The notes below the pieces were generated by a model that saw nothing but the letters and a program-made list of their open reading frames with translations, was not told where the DNA came from and ran no database searches. A stretch of 64,000 bases of DNA from Bdellovibrionota bacterium (GTDB taxonomy: Bacteria > Bdellovibrionota_C > UBA2361 > OMIW01): NCBI GenBank assembly GCA_044345055.1, contig JBIJBT010000001.1, positions 1,956-65,955 of the forward strand, read 5' to 3'. The number at the start of each line of letters is the position of its first letter. Positions within the stretch are counted from its first letter, which is position 1. Positions 47,208-57,636 of the stretch are shown here, in pieces. The translations under genes and the position numbers were made by a program.

Positions 47208-48314
47208 ATGAACAAGTATAACGGCTCTGTATCAATCTGTTTTGCCGTAGATAGTGGCGCATCAATCGATGTAGAGCGGGCGCGTCATCGTGTCCACGGA
47301 TTGCGGGTCAATGCTCCGCGAAACGATCCTGATCGGGTGTTGCTGCATGTTGCTCGTTCGTGTGAACCGCTCGAAATTATTCCGGGCTCTGTAACAGATC
47401 CCCGTGTCGAGTTGACGATGTACTCCGATTTCGGCGGTATTTGCTTACGTTTTCGGCTTCTTTTTTCTGGTACAATGCGGCAGTGGGTCGAACTGAGTGA
47501 TTCGATCAATGATAACGTGGCTCTTGAGGGGCTCGCGCTTGAATGTACTCGGTTGGTCTGCGCGGAGTTGGGGAATGCTCTAATCGAGCCCGCGATCGCA
47601 AAGAACGCGGAGGACTATCCTATTTTTTGTATTCAGGTTGCAGAGGACGAGGATCTTGATGCTTTTGTAGAGTCTTATCGTGCGGAGATTGCTCAAATCG
47701 TCAACGCCGAAAGGTTTTCCCTTCATCATCAGATGATTCGCGAGACTATAGAGGGTAGAATCTCGTGGTATCAAAACGATAGTCTCTTTATCGACTGGAG
47801 TGGAGCGGCACTTATTCGTAACCCGAAGAGGGTTGAAGATGTTGTTGCTGAGGATACGGTGGCAGCGCTCGAGTTTGCGAATATGCAGCTTCATCAGTTC
47901 GATATCCTTGCCAGACGCCTCGATCGCGCTGTGGTTGAGGCGTATAGAGTGCCGTTCGATCAAGGTGTCACCGAGGCGGATCAACAACATCTGGATGCTC
48001 TAACCATCGATGCAGCGGAGCTTATCGGTCGTGTTGGTAGTGGACTTAAAATATTCTCAGACAAGCATCAGGCCCGCTTGCTGCGTGTTGTTGCACGTCG
48101 GTTCGAATTTCAGGCCCGTTCCGACGAAATTCGGGGAAAAATCGCGGATCTCCGTACGATTCGCCAACGAGTTGTTGATAAGAGACGGCATCGACAAGCA
48201 CATCTTGTCGAGGTGCTCATTGCAAGTTTGATTGTTATTGAGGTGCTGCCTCTTTTGTATCGTGGATTACTCCTCCTCATTAGTACTATTTTCGGCAGCG
48301 GGGAGCCGGTATAG
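47208..48314 (+). CDS. Hypothetical protein with C-terminal hydrophobic anchor (possibly DUF155/RMD1-like)
   Basis: 368 aa, mostly soluble, ending HLVEVLIASLIVIEVLPLLYRGLLLLISTIFG. Family guess is unverified. Confidence 0.4.
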   Translation: MNKYNGSVSICFAVDSGASIDVERARHRVHGLRVNAPRNDPDRVLLHVARSCEPLEIIPGSVTDPRVELTMYSDFGGICLRFRLLFSGTMRQWVELSDSINDNVALEGLALECTRLVCAELGNALIEPAIAKNAEDYPIFCIQVAEDEDLDAFVESYRAEIAQIVNAERFSLHHQMIRETIEGRISWYQNDSLFIDWSGAALIRNPKRVEDVVAEDTVAALEFANMQLHQFDILARRLDRAVVEAYRVPFDQGVTEADQQHLDALTIDAAELIGRVGSGLKIFSDKHQARLLRVVARRFEFQARSDEIRGKIADLRTIRQRVVDKRRHRQAHLVEVLIASLIVIEVLPLLYRGLLLLISTIFGSGEPV

Positions 48315-49458
48315 AGTCGCTAATTGAATGAGCATCGATGAAACCTGGAGTAGGTCTAATTATCTGATAAAATGGTCCAGTACGACAAGCAAATGTGACC
48401 TCCTCATCTCTATTAACAACATCGCGAACTTCGCTCCACCTGTCATCGGACGCAAAAATACGAGCAGATAGGGCAGTAATAAGTGCTTGTTCAGCAGTAT
48501 TTTCATCCGCTGCCGCTATTTGATTGCGCTCGTTATCTCCCCTAGCTGATAGTTCGTGGAATGAAGGAGGCGAATCTGAAGATCGCTCCTCGATAATCCG
48601 AGGTCGGTAGCGGTTATTTAGTATCCGTTGTCCTCTCTGTCGTGCCGCTGGAAGAAGAGATCTTAGGTATGCCGAACGTTTTGTCGAGGAGGGATGAGTA
48701 GAGAAGAACTCAAGCTGTCCGCCGCTAAATGCGGGGTCCGATTGAACACGCTCCCAAAAAGCAACTGCTGCGTCAGGATTAAATCCTGCATCCGCCATCA
48801 AAAAAAGGCCAATCTGGTCAGCCTCAAACTCCTGTCGCCTTGATTCAGGATTAATTACAAGGCCACGAATTCCCTGCTCGACAATTGCTCCGCCTAGCTG
48901 AGCAGCCATCGAGGTCGCACCACCTCCACCCGCTATTATCTGAGAAGCCGCAGTTCCTCCGACTGATGCCATCGCCTCTGAGAGCTGTTCTGCAGGATTG
49001 GGCATGACGTGCTGCGCGAGAACGTGAGCCATTTCATGAGCGATTATTGCGGCGAGTTCGTCATCTCCCTGAACCACTCGCAATAATCCGGACCAGATAA
49101 ATATATAGTTTCCTCGGGTTGCAGCGGCATTTTTTATCTGATCATCAGCGAATACATAAACTCTCCACCCCCCTTGAGGACTTCCTGCAGCCCGAGCAAG
49201 GGTTGCAACGACACGGCGAGTCTGTGCAATATCGTGAGAGTCTCGGGAGGGTGGAAAATTAGCTGAAAGCTGGGCTAAGACTCGCTCACCATAGAGGTTG
49301 TCCTCCTGGGAAGTTGCTGACCAATGAGGAATTTCTCCTGGCGCAATTGCGTGTCTCCTCGCGGCGCAGCCAGCGAAGATAATACAAATACAGGAGGTGA
49401 ACAGAATACGGATTAATCGCATAGAAAAGTTATAACATAGAGGCTCCAGGGGAGCCAT
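48286..49458 (-). CDS. M48 family metallopeptidase lipoprotein (periplasmic BepA/LoiP-like). Start may be the internal MRLIRIL.
   Basis: Lipobox IFAGC. Zinc motif IIAHEMAHVLAQH. 390 aa. Confidence 0.7.
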   Translation of the reverse strand: MAPLEPLCYNFSMRLIRILFTSCICIIFAGCAARRHAIAPGEIPHWSATSQEDNLYGERVLAQLSANFPPSRDSHDIAQTRRVVATLARAAGSPQGGWRVYVFADDQIKNAAATRGNYIFIWSGLLRVVQGDDELAAIIAHEMAHVLAQHVMPNPAEQLSEAMASVGGTAASQIIAGGGGATSMAAQLGGAIVEQGIRGLVINPESRRQEFEADQIGLFLMADAGFNPDAAVAFWERVQSDPAFSGGQLEFFSTHPSSTKRSAYLRSLLPAARQRGQRILNNRYRPRIIEERSSDSPPSFHELSARGDNERNQIAAADENTAEQALITALSARIFASDDRWSEVRDVVNRDEEVTFACRTGPFYQIIRPTPGFIDAHSISDSIPAPRCRK

Positions 49459-49518
49459 TTCGCAAGAAAGTAGAAGGTATCTCTATCGTCACGAAGTTAA
49501 GGACATTTTTTTTGGAGA

Positions 49519-50013
49519 ATGACTCCGATGACAAGCAACCACAATGTGTTCTCTCCTTTCCGTTTTAATTCATTAGCAGTTGTCCTGATAGTTTTCCTCT
49601 TCGGATGTCGAGAAGAACAATCTGAGGAGGCGAGGGCACCCGCAAGTCACTCCGAAGTGCCGGCGGTTGAGAAGGCTGAAAGTGAGGATAGTGTGATATC
49701 GAACGCTCTTGATGCGCTCAAGAATGGGGCATCAAAGGTACATGAGGCGGTCGAGCCGTATGCTTCCCCGATGAAAGATACCGCTGTTGATTCGATGCAG
49801 AAGATAGTTGCAATAGACTATAAGATCATTGAGATAGATTCTGATGATCCCATTCCATCAATTGAAGGTCGTCTTACTGCACTAGGACGTGAACGTTGGG
49901 ATTGCTCTCCGATGCCATCAAACGAGTTTGTCTCCCGCTTTCTCTGCAAACGATTCCCGCTCAACTTCTACATTAAAGCACTCTCCTTTTTGCCAAAATT
50001 AGCAGGCGATTAG
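49519..50013 (+). CDS. Hypothetical lipoprotein
   Basis: Signal peptide with lipobox LFGC. Acidic and serine-rich. No recognisable domain. Confidence 0.4.
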   Translation: MTPMTSNHNVFSPFRFNSLAVVLIVFLFGCREEQSEEARAPASHSEVPAVEKAESEDSVISNALDALKNGASKVHEAVEPYASPMKDTAVDSMQKIVAIDYKIIEIDSDDPIPSIEGRLTALGRERWDCSPMPSNEFVSRFLCKRFPLNFYIKALSFLPKLAGD

Positions 50014-50041
50014 ATGGCAGTTCTCAGTCGGTGTTCCTCGC

Positions 50042-51133
50042 TTAATCATTTTCCTCGCCCGTCTGTTGTTCAATCTGAGAATCATCGGGCAGGACTCCTT
50101 GAAAAGAGGGATCGATCCGGTGTATCCGCTCTAACAAGGGGGGATGACTGGCGTATAGTTTCTCAAAAAAGCGGGGAACGTGTGATGAGGCGAGAAAAAA
50201 ATGAGATAAACCTCGAGCAGCCGAGGCTGAAATTTCAGCACCCTTTGAGTATCCACCGATCTTTTTTAGCGCACCCGATATACCTTCTGGATTGCGGGTG
50301 AGTTGAACTGCGGTTGCATCAGCAAGATATTCCCTCTCTCGAGAGATAGCGGCATTCAGGATTATCGAAACAAGCTTCCCCAAAAGTCCAAACAAGGTGA
50401 AAAAAAGCCCTGTTATTAGGATTAAAATGGCTCCCCGGCCCTTACCATCTCTCTCATTTCTTCGGCGCATGTAAGTGCTATCAGACGATGCACTAATAAT
50501 TCGAGCCCCAACATGAGAGATAAATGTAAGACCAAAGATATAAGAGGCAAGGCGTATATTGAGCTGAACATCACCGTGAAGGATATGTGAGAATTCGTGA
50601 GCAACTACCCCTTGCAGCTCGTCTCTGGAGAGTCGCTCAAGAGCTCCGCGAGTAACCGCAATCGCACTCTGTTCGGGACTTGTACCGGAGGCAAATGCGT
50701 TGATGCCATCTTCATCTGGCAGAATATAGAGCTCTGGAAAAGGGGAGTTGGCAGCTATCGACATCTCCCTGGTGACATTTATAAATCGCCGCTCAAGAAG
50801 ATCGGTTGTATTGGGCGAAACCATCCTCCCACCAAGTGCCTCAGCTACCGCCCCTCCGTGGGAAGAAAGAGAGCGCCACCGAATTAAGGCTGCACCACTG
50901 ATAGATACGACTATAAAACAGTTAATCAACCCAATCATCGGAACAACCCGTTCTGGGTTGGGCCACCTGATGGCATTATGTCGGTTGAAGTTCAGATCAA
51001 CGCTCGCTTTTTGAGCTAATAAAAAGAGCGCTGTAGATAGAATCAATACGAGGATAAGATTAGCCCCGATGAAGCGCCACAACAACGCTCGAGAGCGTCT
51101 GCGAGCGTTCTCTTGATGTGAAAAGAAATCCAC
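50042..51133 (-). CDS. M48 family metallopeptidase, HtpX-like membrane protease
   Basis: N-terminal TM helices. GVVAHEFSHILHGD zinc motif. C-terminal TM pair. Immediately downstream of lemA. Confidence 0.75.
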   Translation of the reverse strand: MDFFSHQENARRRSRALLWRFIGANLILVLILSTALFLLAQKASVDLNFNRHNAIRWPNPERVVPMIGLINCFIVVSISGAALIRWRSLSSHGGAVAEALGGRMVSPNTTDLLERRFINVTREMSIAANSPFPELYILPDEDGINAFASGTSPEQSAIAVTRGALERLSRDELQGVVAHEFSHILHGDVQLNIRLASYIFGLTFISHVGARIISASSDSTYMRRRNERDGKGRGAILILITGLFFTLFGLLGKLVSIILNAAISREREYLADATAVQLTRNPEGISGALKKIGGYSKGAEISASAARGLSHFFLASSHVPRFFEKLYASHPPLLERIHRIDPSFQGVLPDDSQIEQQTGEEND

Positions 51134-51154
51134 GATCTGAACCTCGTTGCTACC

Positions 51155-51817
51155 TCAAGTAAACGAGACTTTAGGAGCCTCACGCTCCTGTTCCGTTTTG
51201 ATTGCCTCAAGAAGTGTCATCTCTTGGAAGCTGAACCTACCAGCTATCAGATTGGCGGGAAATGATTGAATCGCGGTGTTGTAGGTCATCACCGAATCGT
51301 TGAAAGCTTGTCGTGCAAACCCAACTCTATTTTCGGTGCTCGAGAGCTCCTCCATTAAAGTTGCAACATTTTGATTCGCCTTAAGGTCAGGGTAGCTCTC
51401 CGCGAGGGCAAAAAATTTGCCCATTGCCGCCGTTAATTCAACTTCTGCTGTATTCAGTGCTCCAATAGCTGATCCACTAGTAGAGTTTTGTGCTGCTGTA
51501 TTTCGGGCCGAGAGAGCGCTATTTCGTGCTTCAATTACTGCCGAGAGCGTTTCCTTCTCGTGTGACATGTAGCCTTTTGCGGCTTCAACCAAATTTGGAA
51601 TAAGATCATATCTTCGCTTGAGCTGAACATCGATCTGAGCGAATGCGTTCTTAACTCGATTGCGAAGTGCTACAAGATTATTGTAGAGGCCTATTATTAA
51701 AAAGCCGACCAATGCGATGATACCTAGGATAACTGCAAACGACACAAGAATCATAAAAGTGCTCTTCTTAACAGGAAATAGGCGATCCAATCGAGAATTT
51801 ACGACTGTTAAAGTCAC
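51155..51817 (-). CDS. lemA: LemA family protein
   Basis: Single N-terminal TM, then YNNLVALRNRVKNAFAQIDVQLKRRYDLIPNLVEAAKGYMSHEKETLSAVIEARN, the LemA signature. Confidence 0.8.
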   Translation of the reverse strand: MTLTVVNSRLDRLFPVKKSTFMILVSFAVILGIIALVGFLIIGLYNNLVALRNRVKNAFAQIDVQLKRRYDLIPNLVEAAKGYMSHEKETLSAVIEARNSALSARNTAAQNSTSGSAIGALNTAEVELTAAMGKFFALAESYPDLKANQNVATLMEELSSTENRVGFARQAFNDSVMTYNTAIQSFPANLIAGRFSFQEMTLLEAIKTEQEREAPKVSFT

Positions 51818-51940
51818 GAACTAGGAGTAATAGTCAAAATAGGATAGGCGAATTTACCTCTCAAGTGCAACACGGAGAGTTCAAAGATTGCTTTAAATGT
51901 GGCATTATTTGCGCTGTAAAAACTGAACAGACAAAACTTC

Positions 51941-52873
51941 ATGACAGACTCTGAAATTGCATCTGATCGAAAAAGTTCTTCAATATTAAGGCGCATCGCA
52001 AATTTTAGTTGCATCAGTCAACCGCAAAAGGCACCAATGTTCCGAAAAGTTAAAGCCGTTATTACTGCTCCCGCCGTTTTAGGGGGGGTGGGTTCGACTA
52101 TTGTTACTATCCCAATATCCCGCGTCTCATCTTTTTTTTCTGCTGTAACGACCGTGATCACGGTTGTAAATGAGTTGCGAGTTTTTAACGCGATTCATTC
52201 CGATAAGCCTTTTAATAATAGTGCTGAGCCTTCTTCAGGGGTGCGGGCTCTGATGGTGGAGAAATTCAAAAGCCCAGGCTTTTGTCCTATTGCCCACTCG
52301 GTGTGCAATATTTACGCCGCCATCGTAGCATTGGTCGAATTAAGATTTGCAGTTAGCCTAATAATGTTAGTGTTCTCGGTGGCTGGAGCTGCCGTTGCTC
52401 GAATTGCAAATTTTCGGTATGCCCCTAACCATAGAATTAAAAGTAGAGTGGAAAGGAAAGCGGAATGGTTTTGGGAAAAGCTTCCTCATAATATCCGAAT
52501 CGTCCTTAAGGATCCCGGTCTTCTTTTTTGTGTCGGGAATGTTTCCCTTATACTTATCGATCTTCGTTTTAAAGAACTTGGCGGTTCCGGAGTTGCAGCG
52601 TTAAGTTTTGGCCTTGGTTGCATACTAGCTGTTATCGCAATTGTTCGCGGCATTCAGCCTCTTTTGCGCACTCATGCCGCTTCCGCAAGCGGATCTGCAT
52701 CGGTGATTGGGGGTATAAGTGATCTACTGCTCGGTTATGCAGCCTTTTATTACGGCAACGCCTTTACCGCCATTGCTACGATCTTTTGGGGACTCTCAAA
52801 TATATCCCTGGGGGCGCGTGTCGGAAATACAGTTTTTGACCGATTTTGGGTGATGCGTTGGCTGCGGGACTAA
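51941..52873 (+). CDS. Hypothetical polytopic membrane protein
   Basis: 310 aa with several paired (bilobed) hydrophobic segments. No recognisable motif. Confidence 0.4.
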   Translation: MTDSEIASDRKSSSILRRIANFSCISQPQKAPMFRKVKAVITAPAVLGGVGSTIVTIPISRVSSFFSAVTTVITVVNELRVFNAIHSDKPFNNSAEPSSGVRALMVEKFKSPGFCPIAHSVCNIYAAIVALVELRFAVSLIMLVFSVAGAAVARIANFRYAPNHRIKSRVERKAEWFWEKLPHNIRIVLKDPGLLFCVGNVSLILIDLRFKELGGSGVAALSFGLGCILAVIAIVRGIQPLLRTHAASASGSASVIGGISDLLLGYAAFYYGNAFTAIATIFWGLSNISLGARVGNTVFDRFWVMRWLRD

Positions 52874-52900
52874 CGCTGTCTAGTCGGAATTATGCTAGTT

Positions 52901-53671
52901 TTATTTTTGCGCAAACATCTCTCTTACGACTAGCAAAAATAGAAGAGTAAAAAGCCCTAATATTAAAAAAAATATTGATTCCCAAAACCAATGTAACGCA
53001 AGAAATCGTCTGTGTGCTCTTATTTTACTTTTGCGGGTTATGTTGACGATTTCGGATACCTGAATCGGTTTGTTCTTGTACCAGTCTCCGGAAAAACAGA
53101 TGGTATCGCTGTGATGAACTTCGCCGGTAATGGGAGAGCCTATTACCTCGATCTCCAGCGGTATATCAGCGCCACTCCGCGCATTGTCAGGTGACACTGT
53201 GATTGAAAGAACCTCTAAGTTAAGACCGAGCGTTTCGTGCATACGGCGAGAAGTTCGCGTAACGTGGCCGTAGATATGACCACATAATCGGCCATTTTTC
53301 GCCTGAACAGCTGCCCGCCATATAGCAAACCAGCTCGCTGAGAAGAGGGCCAGAGTAAACACTGCTGAGAGTGCACCCGGTTTGCCAAAACTTAAATCTA
53401 CAATCGCCCCGACCAAGAGGCAGAAACTGACGAGAAAAAATCCGAAGATAAGTTTGGCTCTCCAATGTTTTAAACGATTTGGGTGTGGCCAAATATTAGT
53501 CTCTTCCTCGATGGACAAAATTTCTTCAGAGAGAGGGGAACTTATCAGGCGAGAATCGCTCTCTTCAGTATCGCGATGAGCTCGATTATAGGCGAGTCGC
53601 TCATCCTTTTTTTTCAGAAGCTCTCGATACCAGTGATAAGCGGGAAGGGGCCGAGATAATATACGCTTCAT
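52901..53671 (-). CDS. Hypothetical membrane protein
   Basis: 256 aa. Two TM pairs flanking a ~90-aa soluble loop. No recognisable motif. Confidence 0.4.
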   Translation of the reverse strand: MKRILSRPLPAYHWYRELLKKKDERLAYNRAHRDTEESDSRLISSPLSEEILSIEEETNIWPHPNRLKHWRAKLIFGFFLVSFCLLVGAIVDLSFGKPGALSAVFTLALFSASWFAIWRAAVQAKNGRLCGHIYGHVTRTSRRMHETLGLNLEVLSITVSPDNARSGADIPLEIEVIGSPITGEVHHSDTICFSGDWYKNKPIQVSEIVNITRKSKIRAHRRFLALHWFWESIFFLILGLFTLLFLLVVREMFAQK

Positions 53672-53805
53672 GACGAGTCCCTATTGATAGTATAGGACAA
53701 AAAAGCCAATGTCTCGTATCTCTATAGTCTCTACCACGCCAAAAATATCATCGCAATCAGGTAAGTAATGGTGAGGTAAATCTTTAATTCTCTTATTAGT
53801 TTGGA

Positions 53806-55134
53806 TTAATATCTTTCTAAATCCTCCAAAGCACCCCAGATACTCTGATATACCCGCCCCAACTGTTCTTCGGTGATGCAATAAGGGGGTATAATGTAAA
53901 CGGTATTTCCGAGGGGCCTAAGTAGGACGTTATCGGCTAAAAAGCGGCGCAAAAGAATATTTCTAAGTGGATGAACGTATCCGGTCGGTGTCTCGTGCGG
54001 CATATCGATCGCACATATTGTTCCAAGAGACCTTGTTTGAAGTGAGGGGTAGCGATCTGCCAGTTGCGCAATAAAGTTTCTATGTTGAGCTCCGATTCTT
54101 TCGCGTGCGGTAACACAATCAGGTGAAGTTACGAGCTCGAAACTTGCTAGTGCGCAGGCGCAGGAGAGAGCATTGCCGGTAAAAGAGTGGCCGTGAAAAA
54201 AGGTTTTTTGTGTCTCTTCACTGCGGCACGCTTCACGTATTTCAGCGGTCATTGTGGTTGCACCTAGAGGAAGCATTCCTCCGGTAATTCCCTTCGAAAG
54301 GCAGATAAGATCTGGTTTATTCTGAACTAGGTTGCTCGCAAAAAGCGATCCCAATCGACCAAAGCCGGTCATCACTTCATCAAATATAATGAGTGAACCT
54401 TGGTCGTGAGTCCGTTTCGTTATTTCGTCAAGCACCGCCACATCGTACATCCGCATTCCGGCTGCTCCCTGAACCAGCGGCTCTACTATAACGGCAGCAA
54501 CCGAGCCCTCGGAAAGCGCGATATCGAGCGCATCTAGGCATTGCGTAGTCTCTTCCGGAGTTCCGGGAAAGGGAAGATGATCAATCGAAAATAGGTGCTG
54601 ATTAAATGCAGAATTGAAAACTCCCCGCTCACTCACCGACATCGCACCGAACGTATCGCCGTGATAAGCTCCGGAGAGAGCAATAAATCGATTTCTAGGT
54701 TTGCCGCGATTAAGCCAAAACTGAAGGGTTAGTTTAAGCGCGACCTCAACGGCAGTTGATCCATCATCCGAGTAAAATACCGAAGAATGATTGGCCGGAA
54801 TACTTTTTAGTAATGCCTCGGCGAGCTGGACCGCAGGCTCGTGAGTACATGAACCGAAGATCGCCTGAGATAGTTTACTCGCCTGATTAGCGATAGCAGC
54901 AGTGAGCTTCGGGTGCGCGTGTCCATGAAGATTAACCCACCAGGACGATATGGCATCGATTATCTGCCGTCCATCCTCAGTGATAAGAAGTGCTCCATCT
55001 CCGTGACTAATCGGAAGAAGGGCGGAATAATCACTGTCGCGTCCATAGGGGTGCCACACCGCCGCGTAGTCTCTAGACAGAAGGTCTGAGTGTGGGGGTT
55101 GCTGAGGCCTGAAATAGGGCGATAATTGAGTCAT
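53806..55134 (-). CDS. bioA: Adenosylmethionine-8-amino-7-oxononanoate aminotransferase
   Basis: Class-III aminotransferase. DAISSWWVNLHGHAHPKL...FYSDDGSTAVEVALK...LIIFDEVMTGFGRLGSLFA...DLICLSKGITGG (PLP lysine). Confidence 0.85.
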   Translation of the reverse strand: MTQLSPYFRPQQPPHSDLLSRDYAAVWHPYGRDSDYSALLPISHGDGALLITEDGRQIIDAISSWWVNLHGHAHPKLTAAIANQASKLSQAIFGSCTHEPAVQLAEALLKSIPANHSSVFYSDDGSTAVEVALKLTLQFWLNRGKPRNRFIALSGAYHGDTFGAMSVSERGVFNSAFNQHLFSIDHLPFPGTPEETTQCLDALDIALSEGSVAAVIVEPLVQGAAGMRMYDVAVLDEITKRTHDQGSLIIFDEVMTGFGRLGSLFASNLVQNKPDLICLSKGITGGMLPLGATTMTAEIREACRSEETQKTFFHGHSFTGNALSCACALASFELVTSPDCVTARERIGAQHRNFIAQLADRYPSLQTRSLGTICAIDMPHETPTGYVHPLRNILLRRFLADNVLLRPLGNTVYIIPPYCITEEQLGRVYQSIWGALEDLERY

Positions 55135-55230
55135 GTCGTTATTTGCTCATTATGTTCAACACCGGGCCGCAATCGTCTCAGGTATTTACGATTAGAGGAA
55201 GGGTGAGGCAAGCGTTACGCGAGGTGACTT

Positions 55231-56688
55231 TTGATTTCAGTTAAACGACTTTCGCCATTTTACTCACGGCTATCGCTGTATTCCTTAAGGCTATCGCGAT
55301 CTTTTCGGCGGCAATCACTGCACTCTTATTGGCTGAGTGTAGTGATACTCGCTCTATTTACCAGCCTCGTCGGAGCTCAAAGAGTTGGTGCTCAGGAGAA
55401 CGAGTTTGTAATCGTATCGAGCCATTGGGAGGGTATAAAGAGGGAGTTTGAATGGGGTTTTAACGCTTATCGTCGATCTCTTGGTGAGTCTCCTGTTACC
55501 TTTCGATGGCTCGATCTTGGCGGGACCTCTGATATTCTTCGATTTATCAAGGGTGAATTTGCGCACACTCCCAATTCAATCGGCATCGATCTTTTTTTCG
55601 GAGGTGGTACCGATCCATACATCGAGCTAGCAGCATTGGATCTTCTGCAGCCGTGTCCTCTCGCCGAGGAGGTGTTAGTTGGCTTACCCGCAGATATTAA
55701 CGGTTTTCCACTTCGTGACCGAGATGGGCGGTGGTACGCCGCATCGCTTTCTACATTTGGCTTACTCTACAATAAACGGGTGCTCTCATTGATGGGTCTC
55801 CCTACACCGAGGAGCTGGCAAGATCTTGCTTCTCCAGCGGTACGAAGCTGGGTTTCGTTCGCCGATCCGAGAAAAAGCGGCACCGCTCATGCAGTGGTTG
55901 AGATTATATTGCAGGCGTACGGCTGGGATGCCGGGTGGCGGGTGCTTCGCGGAATAGGCCGAAATGCAAGGAGTTTTACCTCGTCGTCATCTCAGGTTCC
56001 CAAAGAGGTCGCTGTTGGTGAGGCCGCGTACGGATTTTTGCTCGATAGCTATGGGCGGGATGCGCTGAAAACTTTCGGCGATGAAAATCTGGGTTACCTC
56101 ATTCCCGACGAGCATGCCCCCTTCACGGGAGATGCTATCGCTATGCTAAAAGGGGCTCCTCATCAAGCTATCGCAACGCAGTTTATCTCATTCGTTCTCT
56201 CAGATGCGGGGCAGCGTCTTTTTTTAGCAAAGCGGGGTACGGTGGGAGGTCCTCTCACTTTTGAGCTAGGCAAGCTAAGTGTCAGGCCTCAACTATACGA
56301 AACGCTCGGTGACGACTCGACCATTCCAAATCGTCCCTTCGCAACTCTCGGCGATTTCAGGTATAATATGGTGATGGCCTCGCAACGGTATGCCGTTGTA
56401 AATGATCTGGTAGGAGCATGTGTGATAGATGCAGAGCTCTCTAAGGAGGCTCCGTGTAGCGGTAAAAAGTGTGCTGAACGGGATGCTCCACCGATCACCG
56501 AGAAAGAAGCGATCGATCTTGCTGACACCTGGAAGGATCCGGTCGTTCGACAGCGCCAAGTGGGTGTCTGGCGAGCTGACTGTCTTGGAAAGAGAGTCTC
56601 ATCAGCGAGTTTGCCCTATGGGCTTTTGTCTCTCGTGCTTATCGTAGTAGTGGTTCTTGGTGCAGCCCTGAGCAGAGGTCGGCGTTAG
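55231..56688 (+). CDS. Periplasmic ABC-transporter substrate-binding protein (Fe3+/polyamine/thiamine-type PBP2 fold); N-terminal start uncertain
   Basis: Signal-peptide-like LSVVILALFTSLVGAQ. SBP core EFVIVSSHWEGI...WYAASLSTFGLLYNKR...SWVSFADPRKSGTAHAVVEIILQAYGWDAGW. Confidence 0.6.
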   Translation: MISVKRLSPFYSRLSLYSLRLSRSFRRQSLHSYWLSVVILALFTSLVGAQRVGAQENEFVIVSSHWEGIKREFEWGFNAYRRSLGESPVTFRWLDLGGTSDILRFIKGEFAHTPNSIGIDLFFGGGTDPYIELAALDLLQPCPLAEEVLVGLPADINGFPLRDRDGRWYAASLSTFGLLYNKRVLSLMGLPTPRSWQDLASPAVRSWVSFADPRKSGTAHAVVEIILQAYGWDAGWRVLRGIGRNARSFTSSSSQVPKEVAVGEAAYGFLLDSYGRDALKTFGDENLGYLIPDEHAPFTGDAIAMLKGAPHQAIATQFISFVLSDAGQRLFLAKRGTVGGPLTFELGKLSVRPQLYETLGDDSTIPNRPFATLGDFRYNMVMASQRYAVVNDLVGACVIDAELSKEAPCSGKKCAERDAPPITEKEAIDLADTWKDPVVRQRQVGVWRADCLGKRVSSASLPYGLLSLVLIVVVVLGAALSRGRR

Positions 56689-56769
56689 TGGCCTTGTTGT
56701 GCCGATATGCGGCTTATTAAGCGATTCCGTTGCCGCCTGAAATAAAGATCATCATTTGGAGAACAGAGC

Positions 56770-57522
56770 GTGGCTGAAGATGAAAAAGTGGATGTAACAC
56801 TTGTAACTGGTCGAACCGATTCGCCGGTGCTAAACGACAAAAAGCTCCGTTCGGAACGGAGAAAACATCTCGATGAACGGCTCCGCTCGCTTTACCAACG
56901 AGCGATGGTTATAGAGCGCGAGTTAATGGTCCTCGCTGACCCCCGATTCTATCGGGTCTGTATCTTCGGAAGTGCCCGACTTAAAGAGGGTGCCCGTGAA
57001 TACGAGCAAGTCGTTAGGCTTGCACACATTCTTGCAGCCGATGGCATCGACATCCTCACCGGTGGCGGACCTGGCCTCATGGAGGCGGCTAATTTAGGCG
57101 CGCAACAGGGCAAGCGTGAGACTCAATCAAAGAGTCGTTCCTTCGGAATCTCGATTCATCTTGATTTTGAGCCTATCCCGAATCCTCACCTAGACATAAA
57201 AAGGCATCACCACAAGTTCTCATCCCGCCTCGACGATTTTATGCGGCTATCACACTCAATTATCGTGACGCCTGGTGGCATAGGGACGGTGCTTGAGCTT
57301 TTCTTTGCATGGCAATTAATTCAGGTGAAGCATATAACGATGCGGCCGATAGTGTTGCTCGATCGTGCTTATTGGACCGGATTAATCGACTGGGTACAGG
57401 AGTATACCCTCGGGCGTGGATTAATTAGTCCCGAAGATATGGACCAGATCTCGATAGTGGACACTCCGGAGGAAGCCGCTGAGCTAATTCGGCGCAATCA
57501 TCGGGAAGTGAAGGGAGGGTGA
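56770..57522 (+). CDS. LOG family protein (Rossmann-fold nucleotide-binding, cytokinin riboside 5'-monophosphate phosphoribohydrolase-like / TIGR00730)
   Basis: VCIFGSARLKEGAREYEQVVRLAHILAADGIDILTGGGPGLMEAANLGA...TPGGIGTVLELFFAWQLIQV (PGGxGTxxE motif). Confidence 0.75.
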   Translation: MAEDEKVDVTLVTGRTDSPVLNDKKLRSERRKHLDERLRSLYQRAMVIERELMVLADPRFYRVCIFGSARLKEGAREYEQVVRLAHILAADGIDILTGGGPGLMEAANLGAQQGKRETQSKSRSFGISIHLDFEPIPNPHLDIKRHHHKFSSRLDDFMRLSHSIIVTPGGIGTVLELFFAWQLIQVKHITMRPIVLLDRAYWTGLIDWVQEYTLGRGLISPEDMDQISIVDTPEEAAELIRRNHREVKGG

Positions 57523-57636
57523 ATTGGTTTGGGGTGAGAATGGGTGAATGCCACGAGTTTGGCGTGCGGTTAGGTTGTAATTGGTGAGAGAAAAAAGGTA
57601 TAGAGGTGGAAAGGCGGAATTAAGAGCCGAGCAATA

